Positions 12,050 to 23,025 of a stretch of 64,000 bases of DNA are shown in pieces. How positions within the stretch are numbered: the first letter of the stretch is position 1; every line of letters starts with the position of its first letter. The translations under genes were made by a program, and so were the position numbers. Source of the stretch: Mytilus edulis. Its lineage: Eukaryota. Under the pieces are notes generated by a model. It was not told the DNA's origin and searched no databases. It worked only from the letters and a program-made list of their open reading frames with translations. Where the stretch lies: assembly GCF_963676685.1 (NCBI RefSeq), contig NC_092354.1, positions 37,386,001-37,450,000 on the forward strand, given 5' to 3'.

Positions 12050-12595
12050 ATGAAAGGAGAAAGATTCACCATTCTTGTCATCCACCCACCTCGGAGTGCC
12101 TACAAGGGCGATGCTGTGTTTCCGTGGCGAACCGGGATCAAGTGCTAATGCTAAAAACGAGCTCAAAATATAATGTAGCTGGTCCTCAAAATCAGCACCC
12201 AAGATCCACTGCGGAAAGCACCAGATGTTCCAAGAATAGTATACTCAAGCAGAGCGTATCCATCAAGCGAAAAAGATTGATTGATTGATTGTTGGTTGCT
12301 TTACGCCGCATTAGCACAAAAAGGCTATATCGCGGCGAGAGCTAATTCGAATATTTTTACAATTTAAAGCATATTTTTAAAATAAGACAAAAAGTCCTTC
12401 AATATACTAAAATTCTTGACTAAAGTAAATTGAGTATATACAAATAAAAATCAACAGTAAAATAACGTGATAAAATTAAAATCGATTTAAATATAATAAC
12501 ATTCTATAATAAATTCCAATTTCTTTCCATCAAGCGAAAAAGAAATCGTACCACTTGATTGACCCATGAGCCATCGCCTTCTTCAGTTATCCGAA
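12050..12595 (-). mobile_element. 5' UTR of the LINE, interrupted by the insertion at 12275-12525
   Basis: GC-balanced leader continuous with ORF1. It resumes after the duplicated target tccatcaagcgaaaaaga. Confidence 0.65.
12275..12525 (-). mobile_element. 5'-truncated LINE 3'-UTR copy with (CAAT)n tail and 16-18-bp TSD
   Basis: Near-identical to 17286-17535. Flanked by tccatcaagcgaaaaaga at 12259-12276 and 12526-12543. Confidence 0.92.
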
Positions 12596-12654
12596 ATATA
12601 AATAGCTTAATTTAAAACACATGTGAATATTATGAAAATTGTTACAAGAAAGCT

Positions 12655-14045
12655 TATTGTTGAGGATGCGTATTCAAACTCGAGTCGCTTAGGACAGTAT
12701 TTCAGCATCATGGAGTGATATGTTTATAATGCTCCTGTGTGGCAAAAAGATCTAGTTGACGTATATCCAGTAGAATTAACTTGTCTGTGACGACCTTCTC
12801 TAATGCTGCATATGCTTGGCTGTCTTGCTTCAACCATTTCTTTTTCCTTATATCATCAGGGCTTAGTGGGGGGTGTCCACATTGTGTCACAATCTTCCCT
12901 GGAAAGGTGTGCCTATTCGAAATATGACAAAGCAGGCTTCTTCATGTCTCTTCATCAGAATCACCATCAGCTTGTCGGGAGCAGTACCAAATGTGATTAC
13001 AGATGGAGGGGATCCATGGCTTAACCTCATTTAGCAGCTTCTGTGGCTTTATGACTAAGATCTTCTTCTTAATCGATTTTGACAGATGCCAAACGTCAAA
13101 CTGATGTTTCTTGTTACTGTGGTCTGTTGCCATGGCTTTGTGGATCTCTGTCTGTAACCACGACTCCAACTGTGAGATCTGCAGCCTCAATGCTTGCAAG
13201 GGACCGCTGAAATCTGAAATCCTATGAGTTCCATCCTGTTTGACGATGTGGTCTCAAGAAACCTGAACTAAGCTTAAGTCTGGTATGACGCCGGTGGCTG
13301 AGTCCATGAACGTGTACGTACAGTACTTGGCTGAAAAGCCTGGACTGTCCATCGCCCCCCACGAATGAGCTGTTTACCATGTAGCTGCTGTAGAATGACA
13401 TCTCTTTGCATGGTGTAGTAGCGGTCAATGGCAGGGATGGCGATGTCTTTCTGCAGACTGTAAATTTGGGTTGATCCAATAAACTATAGTGAAAGTTTCG
13501 GCAAAATGAGATAGTCTTGCAAAGGTTTCACTAGAGAGGATAACAGCTGTAGCCACCATCAAATTACCAGCAGGTTTATTGTTGACCAATGGTTGTGACT
13601 CCCACGAAGTTTGGTGACCTTTCATACATAGGAACTTCACTCTCATGGCAGTACCGTTTTAGATGATCTCGTATTCGTCAGCAGCAATCAGTTCTCCACA
13701 GTCTGTGCAAATCACTCGTCCAAACAATGACTTTAGGCAGCTCTCAAACGCAATAACCTTGGGTTCTGTGGTGATGTGTTGCGAGGAGTCTGAAGAGGAT
13801 GACTGATTTGAGTCCCGGGATTCGTCGCTTGGTACATATGATAGATCGCTGTCGGGTTTCTCGGGGCTGGATGTTGGTGTAGGCGTGGGTCTTTCTGAGT
13901 TGAACTAATGAATGCTGTGTCAAGTGGTTGTGTTGAGGAGATAGGGACCTGCAAGTGGTTTGTCATTGATGTTCCGAAATCAGTGTCAGTTTGAAGTTGT
14001 GGAAATGTCTAAACCCCAACTTCAACCATTTAGGGTTTCGACTGT
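12655..14045 (-). pseudogene. Kolobok/Mutator-like DDD/E transposase relic
   Basis: Motifs C..GH...WESQP...AGNL; GDG(fs)MDSPGFSAKYCTYT; VTDR; HQFDVWHLSKSIKKK; WIPSICNHIWYCS; CGHPPL...KKWLK; FCHTGAL*TYHSMMLKYCPKR. Multiple frameshifts. Confidence 0.85.
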
Positions 14046-15169
14046 AAAGAAAATGGGGGATATAAAATAAAATGACCATACTCCTTGGAATTATTTTTCA
14101 TTTCGAAACGTTTAAGTTGACATGCAATATTGGTTTTACCCATTGTTGAAGGCCGTTTGGTGACCCATAGAAGTTAATTTCTATGTCACTTGGTAGAGTC
14201 TGATCAGTTGTCGCATTGGCAATTATACCACATCAATAATCTTAGTTTTTATATATATAATTCAACTTGCAAAGAGCCTTGAGTTTTAGATTTAAACAAA
14301 TATAATACTGATATGCATTACATTTATTCCACACTTCCAATGACGGAAATACTAAAAAAATATAAAGAAACTTAAATAAACCGAATCTATTTCAGTCAAA
14401 TTGTTGAGTACCCCTAAGTTGGATATGAACTCAATTGGTTTTATATATAACAGGATTGCACACTCAGTACCAAGAAAGGAGATTACTTTATCGAATCAGA
14501 AATGCTACTTGTTCTTCATATATCATGGTTCATTCAGCATTTGTAGGCTAGCATTAATTTATATGAGGCATATGACCTATTATATAGTTATGCATGAAGA
14601 TGTCGGGATTTACAGAAGTTAGAAGAATCAAATTCCAATAAAAAAACTTACTGACTATCTACTACCATAAACTCCATGAAATGGCCAATTTACCTGGTGA
14701 AATAACAAAAAAAAAACTAAGAATACTTACCAATACATTGACTATTTCCTTTAGAGCTTTTAGAACATGTCTAGTTTTCTTCTGTGGAATGTTGTTTTCT
14801 GAAATAATTATATCAAAGTAAGTTCTCCCGTCCAGTGGCAAATATTTAATGCTTAATAAAGACCTACAGATTAAATAAATACATAATAAAGAAGTAATGG
14901 GATGTTGCCTTCATTTGACAACATATAAATGCAAGCGAATCAGGGTATCTTTGGGACACATATTCATGTAAATCTTCGAACACAATTCAAAATGTATTCA
15001 CCTCAGAATGATAAAGCTAAAACAGAAATCTCAGGTTATTCAAAAACAAACAGCTGAATTCCCAAAGTATACATACATTTTAATATTGTAATGTATTATA
15101 ATGTTATTTTTATATAATGCATCTTACAATATATTTTTTTTATCTTTTCAGTGCACAGTGTCTGAAAAG

Positions 15170-15545
15170 ACTTTGAACATGATAGAACCAGAAAGCATAG
15201 ATACTGTATATGGTAAAAAAAAATGCTCGTAACAGCAGTTAGTGCAGATGACACCAACAGCACTAAATTGCCACTTTGGGGTACACATACTGACAAACTG
15301 AAGTTGGTCAATCTTACAAAAAAAAAGCAATTTGGTAACAAAATCCTTCAGGTCAGAGTTACAGCTTAACACAACAGGATCTACAACATTTGAAACAATA
15401 GATGAAATAGTCAATGCCAAAGAAGATATTCAGAATGAAAATGAAATACAGATCAAAGGCAAACTGAATTTAGTTCAAATTACTTCCACAAGAAAATGTC
15501 TCTAATGCCACAAAGTGTTTGATACTGAGTATTTTCAAAGTCAAC
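15170..15545 (+). pseudogene. RPA-like OB-fold ssDNA-binding protein relic with C-terminal Zn ribbon
   Basis: Joined across frameshifts: ADDTNSTKLPLWGTH...GQSY..SNLVTKSFRSELQLNTTGSTTFETI...IKGKL...RKCL*CHK. Confidence 0.5.
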
Positions 15546-15908
15546 AATTCATCATGACAATAAGGGACGACAGCAAAAGCTCAATGAAGGATAAAAAACT
15601 TAATTCAAATAGTTTGGGGTGGGGGTGTTAAACTTGCAGCAAGTTTTGTTTATCCTACATTGATTTTACATATATATATATGGGTCAATCAATTTTTTCC
15701 CAAGTTAAGTTAAGAGGCGGGTAGGGGGGTCATTATAAAAACTATCTGAATTAAGTTTTTTTTATCCTACATTGAACTTTTGATGTCGTCCCTAAGATGC
15801 AAGAACTGTAAGAGCAAACATAAAGTTACTGATTTAGCAACAAAGAGACTTGCAAAAATTAAATTAACTGATCTAAATGATCAGATCCATAACATCCTAA
15901 TTTTCCAT

Positions 15909-16312
15909 GATTGATTGTTGGTTGCTTAACGTCCAATGGCAAATATTTCATGCATATTCAGGACGAGAACAAGTTCACAATAAATACAATAGGTAGGTTG
16001 TTGTAATAGAGGCCATCTAGGATGATGGTCGGGGAAATTAGGACTGCCACTGGAAAATGAGGATATATTGGATAGGGACAGAAATTTTGCCTTGTAACAG
16101 GCCACCTACGGACCCCTCAAAGAGTTGTTGCAAGGGTTCTTAACGTGCAAAGAGCGTGGCACTCTCTTTACACGAGGCATCGGATTTAACGTCCCCTTCT
16201 GACGGACGTGACTGCGGACTTGATACATCCCGCACAGCCAAACGGACGCCCCACTTCAGCAAGCGTTTTACTGCCGGTCGGGAGAAGACCAAGTGACCAT
16301 ATTTCTATTCCA
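15909..16312 (-). mobile_element. Near full-length SINE copy
   Basis: Highly similar to 39388-39820. Tail gattgattgttggttgcttaacgtcc on the plus strand. Confidence 0.9.
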
Positions 16313-16579
16313 AATAACTGTCAGGCAGAGGTCATTGCAAACATTGATAATTGTATTAGATGGTACTTTAAATCAGTCATTTGATCAAGATAATATTACA
16401 TGTATTGACCATTGCATCTGAAGTAAACTTGAACCAACTAAATTTTCTCAAAAATATTATATTGTTTAGTAAATTGTACCACTTTTAAGATAATTCATTC
16501 TGATGTTACTTTAAATCGACCACATTCCAATGATAGTTGAATAGACTGTAACACAAAACCTGCCAACAGTTTTATTGAC

Positions 16580-16776
16580 TGTGGTCAAGGACAGTTTGGA
16601 AAGAGTTAGATCCAGATGAACATGAGGAGGAATGTGTCATTCCATCTACATGGGTAAATCAAGAAACTAGAAAAGTGAGATGGCCTAAGGGAATAAATAC
16701 CATCAGAGCCATGAATAAACTTCGAAGACCGGAGGAAAAATTGTATCCAGTAATTTGATAACAAAATTATGGACGG
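16580..16776 (+). pseudogene. Transposon accessory gene N-terminal exon (DUF4806/CACTA-associated-like)
   Basis: Translation WSRTVWKE...EEECVIPSTWVNQETRKVRWPKG fits the VIP..W....V.WP pattern. Family assignment from memory. Confidence 0.45.
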
Positions 16777-16811
16777 TAATCAGTTGTTTTCAATCAAAAT
16801 TTTTAAATGTG

Positions 16812-17285
16812 TTTTAACCGGATTTTTGTGACAAAAATGTCGGTTATTAAATTGGGGATGCTCGGCGGGCGGGCGGCAATCAAATGTTGTCCGTGCATTA
16901 ACTCAAGAACCGTTCAACCAAAGCTTTTAAAATTTTAATATGTTGTTACTGATAACTAAATGAAGGTCAAGTTCAATAATGGCCATTTTGACTTTTACCG
17001 TTCAGGAGTTATGGTTCTTGAAAGATTGAAAAATGGCGTTTCCAGTCGTGTCCGTGCATTTACGCATGAACAGTTCTACTAAAGCTTCCCAAATTTCAAT
17101 ATGTTGTTACTGGTGACAAAATGGAGGTCAAGTTCAATAATGACGATTTTGACTTCTACCGTTCAGGAGTTATGGTTCTTGAAAGATTGAAAAATGGCGT
17201 TTCCAGTCGTGTCTGTGCGTTTACACATGAACTGTTCTACCAAAGCTTCCCAAATTTTAATATGTTGTTACTGGTGACAAAATGG
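16812..17285 (+). mobile_element. HINE/DINE-1-like element with ~2.5 internal 161-bp tandem units, truncated at the LINE tail
   Basis: 5' aaccgg...gtcggtt inverted repeat and a (ggcg)n microsatellite. Repeat period is 161 (tccgtgcatt at 16890 and 17051; tccagtcgtg at 17041 and 17202). Confidence 0.8.
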
Positions 17286-19479
17286 ATTGATTGATTGATT
17301 GTTGGTTGCTTTACGCCGCATTAACACAAAAAGGCTATATCGCGGCGAGAGCTAATTCGACTATTTTTACAATTTAAAGCATATTTTTAAAATAAGACCC
17401 CAATATACTAAAATTCTTGACTAAAGCAAATTGAGTATATACAAATAAAAATCAACAGTAAAATAACGTGATAAAAATTAAAATCGATTTAAATATAATA
17501 ACTATTTTATTTTCTATAATAAATTCCAATTTCTTTTAAAAAAGCAACAATATTTGTAAATGGAACATTATTTAATAAATCATACATATTATTGACATTG
17601 AAATGCTTCTTATGAATATCAGCAAAGTCAATACAATTAATTAAAACATGTTTAATAGTATACTTGCAGTTGCAAGGAACACATTGTGGTTCATCTTCAT
17701 TTTTTAAAAGATACTCGTGTGTTATTCTAGTATGACCAATACGGCATCTAGTAATAACACACTGATCTTTTCTGCAGCTTTATTATTAAAAGGTTTGCCC
17801 AAATTAGGTTTAATTTCATGCAATTTATTATCATCTTTTTTACTCCATTTATTTTTCAATATATTAAAAACATATTCCCTAATATTAGATTTAAAATCAG
17901 TATATGGTTTATCACAGTTCGATAGAGGGTCACCCAGGGCGTTCTTTGCCTCAAGGTCTACAGCTGTGTTTCCAAGGATTCCAACATGACTCGGAACCCA
18001 TAAAAATATTATTTCTTTCAGAAGAATTTTTAAATTCCTCATTACATATAAAATTTTCAGGATTGTTGGGTTTTTAATTTTAGTGTTTCGTATAGCTTGT
18101 AAACATGAAAGTGAATCCGAACATATAATAAATTTGGATTTATCTGAAGAAGCAATAAATTTCAAAGCCAAAATTATTGCTTCTGCTTCAGCAGTAAAGA
18201 TGGATGCATCAGATGGCAAACGGAGGGTTGCAACTCTGTCCCTGAAGACAGCAGCAGATGCAACTATATCACCATCTTTTGATCCATCAGTATAGACAGT
18301 TGAAAAATCTAGATAATCGGCTTTAATTTCAGCATAGTGTTGCTGAATTAAAAGAGGATTTGTTTTATTTTTATTGTGTTCACGGAGATCAAATATCATT
18401 TTTGGTTTGGGAAGTTCCCATGGAGGACATTTGCAAGTTTGAACTTGAGCAACAGATTTTAAATCAAAAGAAGCTAAATGTGGTTTTAAACGTAAACCTA
18501 ACGGAGGAATTTTATTTTCATGTTTTGCAAAAATATCTTCATAAATCGGATTAAAAACACAGCTGTAGGCAGGATTATCTGAATGGGCTTTTAGTTTGAC
18601 AGCATATTGAAGTCCAAGCTTCAAACGTCTGTCAGTGAGTGAGTGCTCATCAGCCTCTACATACAGACTCTCAACTGGTGAGGTTTTAAATGCGCCAAGA
18701 CAGAGACGCAAACCTTGGTGATGCACAGCATCGAGAATCTGTATGTAGGACTTCCTTGCAGAGCCATACACTATAGAGCCATAATCTAGTTTCGATCTAA
18801 CAAGAGATCTATATAAATTGAGTAAAATGTTGCGATCAGCACCCCAATCAGTGCTGCCGACAACTTTTAAAATATCTAAAGCTTTTAAACATCTCGCTTT
18901 TAATATTTTGATATGGGGTAGAAAGGTTAACTTTTTATCGAAAAGTAGACCAAGAAATTTGGTTTCATCAACCATTTTAATTGGGTTGCCGTACAAAGTT
19001 AGTTCTGGATCAAGATGCAATTTTCTTTTGTTACAAAAATGCATCCCGACCGTTTTTGAAGTGGAAAATTTAAAACCATTTTCCGAGGCCCATTTTTCAA
19101 TTCTTCCAAGACATAATTGTAATTGTCTTTCAATGTTATTCATATTTTTGCCTCTGTAACATATTAAAAAATCATCAACGTACAATGAACCTTCAATATT
19201 ACTTTTTAAAACTTCAACAATGCTGTTGATTTTAAGACTAAATAATGTTACAGATAAAATACTGCCCTGAGGGACACCCATCTTTTGATCATAAAGATCA
19301 GACATGGTCGAATTAACTCTAACATTAAATTGTCTGTTAGAGAGAAAATTAGAAATAAAATTAGGCATATTGCCTTTCAACCCCATATCAAATAGATCTT
19401 TTAAAATACCATATTTCCATGCAGTATCATAGGCCTTCTCAAGGTCGAAAAAGACCGACACCACATGGTTAATTTGCAA
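17286..19479 (-). mobile_element. 5'-truncated I/Nimb-clade LINE: RT, RNase H, C-terminal Zn finger, 3' UTR, (CAAT)n tail
   Basis: RT motifs FFDLEKAYD, GVPQGSILS, LYVDDF, KFLG. RNase H motifs YTDGSK, AEAEAI, SDSLS, WVPSHVGILGN. After a frameshift near 17780: RCRIGH...CVPCNCKYTIKHVLINC, stop at 17507. Confidence 0.95.
17722..19479 (-). CDS. LINE ORF2 fragment (reverse transcriptase + RNase H)
   Basis: 585-codon open stretch carrying the RT and RNase H motifs. The endonuclease and RT N-terminus are missing. Confidence 0.9.
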   Translation of the reverse strand: MQINHVVSVFFDLEKAYDTAWKYGILKDLFDMGLKGNMPNFISNFLSNRQFNVRVNSTMSDLYDQKMGVPQGSILSVTLFSLKINSIVEVLKSNIEGSLYVDDFLICYRGKNMNNIERQLQLCLGRIEKWASENGFKFSTSKTVGMHFCNKRKLHLDPELTLYGNPIKMVDETKFLGLLFDKKLTFLPHIKILKARCLKALDILKVVGSTDWGADRNILLNLYRSLVRSKLDYGSIVYGSARKSYIQILDAVHHQGLRLCLGAFKTSPVESLYVEADEHSLTDRRLKLGLQYAVKLKAHSDNPAYSCVFNPIYEDIFAKHENKIPPLGLRLKPHLASFDLKSVAQVQTCKCPPWELPKPKMIFDLREHNKNKTNPLLIQQHYAEIKADYLDFSTVYTDGSKDGDIVASAAVFRDRVATLRLPSDASIFTAEAEAIILALKFIASSDKSKFIICSDSLSCLQAIRNTKIKNPTILKILYVMRNLKILLKEIIFLWVPSHVGILGNTAVDLEAKNALGDPLSNCDKPYTDFKSNIREYVFNILKNKWSKKDDNKLHEIKPNLGKPFNNKAAEKISVLLLDAVLVILE

Positions 19480-20210
19480 ATTGAATATTTGGAAACTACT
19501 TGAGATTCAATGGCAAAATTGCCACACTTTTTAGAAAAGTAGTGTTTGAAAATGTCAGAAACAGGTGAAGTTGAGTATCATTTTGGACCTCTAGCCCGGG
19601 AAAACATTGAACATTTGTTAGGAAACCATAAAAGACAAATGAAGGAAACACCACAGAAAGGGAAGAGAAAGAAAAAAATGCTAAGGCTTATACTTCATCT
19701 AAATAAATGCATATGATGATGAGAATTGTTGAGTCTATGAAACTGACATTATTAAAATACAATGCTTATTTGTAATGAAGAATTTTTTTTTCAATTTAAA
19801 GGACGTGCAATAATCTAGTGTACATTTTGGACAAAATCATATTTCATAAAAGTAAATGCAAAATTCTTGTATATATTTCAGACAAAACCAGTTTTTCTCG
19901 AAGTTAAATGTTTAATTCGTGTGCAAGTTTTATACAAAATATCAGCAGCAAATTCGAACTGATATTAGAAAATAAATAATTATTTCATTTTCTGTAACAT
20001 TTTTCTCTTTTTCTTTTCTGTGTTTCAGTTCTCACTGAAGTTATTATGTATGTTTGTGTTTTCTATACCTGCACTTTAAGATTCATGTCTTTAGTGTAAA
20101 GATTTTCAGCAACTTTTTATCACAAATAAATGGTATGTTTGTCAGTAAATATATTTTTGTAAAGCCTTGATGATATTTTCTTAAAAGATATATTTATATA
20201 TGATCTTTTT

Positions 20211-21053
20211 AACTAGATGCTCTAAAGAGCCTGTGTCGCTCTCCTTGGTCTATTTGAATATTAAACAAGGACGCATATGGATTCATGACAAAATTGTGTT
20301 TTGGTGATGGTGATGTGTTTGTACATCTTAATTTCGTGAACATTCTAGTTGCTTACAATTATCTCTATCTATATTTAACTTAGCCCAGTAGTTTCAGAGA
20401 CGAAGAATTTTGTAAAAGATTACTAAGATTTACGAAAAAATTGTTAAAATTTGACTATAAAGGGCAATAACTCCTAAAGGAGTCAACTGACAATTTCCAT
20501 CATGTTGACTTCTTTATAGATCTTACTTTGCCAACATTTATTGTATTTTAAAGATTATCTCTATCTATAATAATATTCAACATAATAACCAAATCAGCAA
20601 AATTTCCTTCAAATTACCAGTTCAGAGGCAGCAACCAAACAACGGGTTGTTGATTCATCTGAAAATTTCAGGGCAGATATATTTTGACCTGATAAACAAT
20701 TTTACTTTTGTTTGATTTGCGTTTAAAAATGCTTTGGTTTTTGAGTTATAAATCCAAAAACTGAATTTTACCCCTATGTTCTTTTTTAAGCTGTGGCGGC
20801 CATCTTGGTTGGTTGACCGGGTCACGCCACACATTTTCTAAACTAGATACCCAATTGATAGTTGTGGCCAAGTTTGGTTTAATTTCAGAGAAGATTTTAG
20901 TAAAAGATTACTAAAATTTACGAAACATTGTTAAAAATTTACTATAAAGGGCAATAACTCCTAAAGGGGTCAATTGACCATTTCGGTCATGATGACTTTT
21001 TGTAAATCTTACTTTGCTTGACATTATTGCTGTTCACAGTTTATCTCTATCTA
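20211..21053 (-). mobile_element. HINE-like element, family 2
   Basis: Terminal aactag..gctctaaagagc hairpin and internal duplicated blocks. Reverse-complement match to 43348-44117; direct match to 57289-57618. Confidence 0.8.
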
Positions 21054-23025
21054 TGAATATGAGGCAGGCATAACCTGTGAATAGGAACGAAGTCTGAATG
21101 CATTATTTGTTTTAATTCAATCATGTTGATAAAAGAAACCGAAATACCGTACGTAACGTTCCCGATTTTGGTTCTGTTGTTAGCTGTGACGTTCTTTAAG
21201 GTATGACGTCATATTCGATGTAAACAAAAGAAACGCTTTCATCAGGAAAACGTTTTTTTCATATCAAACAATTATTAAAATTGAATTTGTATTGAGATTC
21301 AATCTTATATTTTACTAGACTGATAAATGTTTCTATGGAAATGATGCCAGCATATAGCTTCTTAATAGATATAGGAAAGTGCCAATGATACAACACATCA
21401 TCCAAGTCACAATTTATTAAAGTAAACCATTATAGGTCGCGGTCCGGTTTTCAACACGGCGCCTATGCTCAAAAGTGCATTTGTTAGTTAATTGATGAAA
21501 ATAACACAAAGGCGCTTCGGGACCGTATATTGTCCCTTAAGATAACAAAAATTCGTAAATGTATGGCTATTACAAAATCAATCGTTTCTGTAGCAACATT
21601 CGCCCAATTACATTTGGGATTGGCAGTGTATATATCATGCATATGCATATGGGAATATGGGTCACGAACATTGATCGAAACTTTGTACTCACATTGCTTT
21701 TATGCAAAGGTAAGACTATATCTGACGATTTTGACAGAATCATGACGGTATTTACGCTCCAGATAGCATTTGCACTTAAAAACTGTGTTTGCTTTGAACA
21801 AACGCTGTCCTGCGCCGAACTTGTTCTTATAAAGAGGGAAGTGTCTGGTAATGCTTATACGCGTACTGAATCCGCATATGATGACTAAGAAATTGATTCA
21901 TGTCCCTATTTAATGAATACTTAAGCTAGTGTGTGTCGCTTTTAAAAAGTTATATAAGGACCATGATTGATTTTGAGTTACAACATTAGAAAATTGGCAT
22001 TGCATTGTATAATCTTTCACCCTTCCCTTAAAAATTTAATGAGTTAACATTTTTTTACCAGGATTATCCCACTTAAAAAATGTTCATTCACCAAACTGAC
22101 TTTGTTTTACACTCAATTTTTTTTTTAAACCTCGCATTCGTCTCGGGTGACTATTTTTATGTTATAACTCCTCTGTTTAGAATTTGCAAATACACAATAA
22201 TTATTTATCTATAACTAGATACTAATTCTTACAAAATACACAACCTCTAAGATGCAAAATTAAAAACACTGTTTCAGTGCTTGAATTTTGTTTTATTCAA
22301 AGAAAAAAAATTATTGAAACTATTTGATTAACTGGTGATTTATAGTTAAGAAAATAATTCTGTAGTATACTTTAGTTAAAAAACTATATACAATAAGAAA
22401 GTTTATGGATGTGAAAAGGACAAGGCCACATCTTCTTTAGCTATGTCTTAAATGGAAAAAAATCAGAAGGTTCCAAATCAACGCCATTTTGTAATGGCAG
22501 CTTTTCATAAAAGTCGTCGAATTTGCCGTTTTAACATCATTTATAGAATATGCTTATGATCGAATTGTTTTTGTAGCATTCTATTGAATAAATATCAGAA
22601 TATGTCTCCTTTTTGTCCTTGTGGTTGAAATATTGATATTTTTAGGTCTGATCTTTGACCACATTTTTCAAAATTGTGACCAGTCTGGATTTTTACGACC
22701 CAACTTTTCTTATTGTACACGTTTTCCTCTTTCCATCGATATATAATTTAGGTGTGTGTTCTTCCGGACCATTAAAGTTTTAAAAAATGACCTCTGGTTG
22801 CAATACTAAAAGGATGGTGCAACCCGTAGGAGCATGGATCTGGAGAAAATGAAGGCAGTATTATTCAGTTTAGACTAGTTTAAATTCAGTGACAAGGCTA
22901 ACCACGAAATAGTAAGGAAAACAGGGGAACAGGAGGAACCTGTACAGAAACCTGTAGAAGAGTCACTTCCTACTCCAAAGGAGCCTGCAGCCGCTCAGGA
23001 GGGAGCAGTCAAGGGAGTCGACCCT

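Noticed and set aside
12050-12202. N-terminal extension of ORF1 in the ORF track (non-ATG start at 12202)
   Set aside because: It lies in the 5' UTR. The first in-frame ATG is at 12049.
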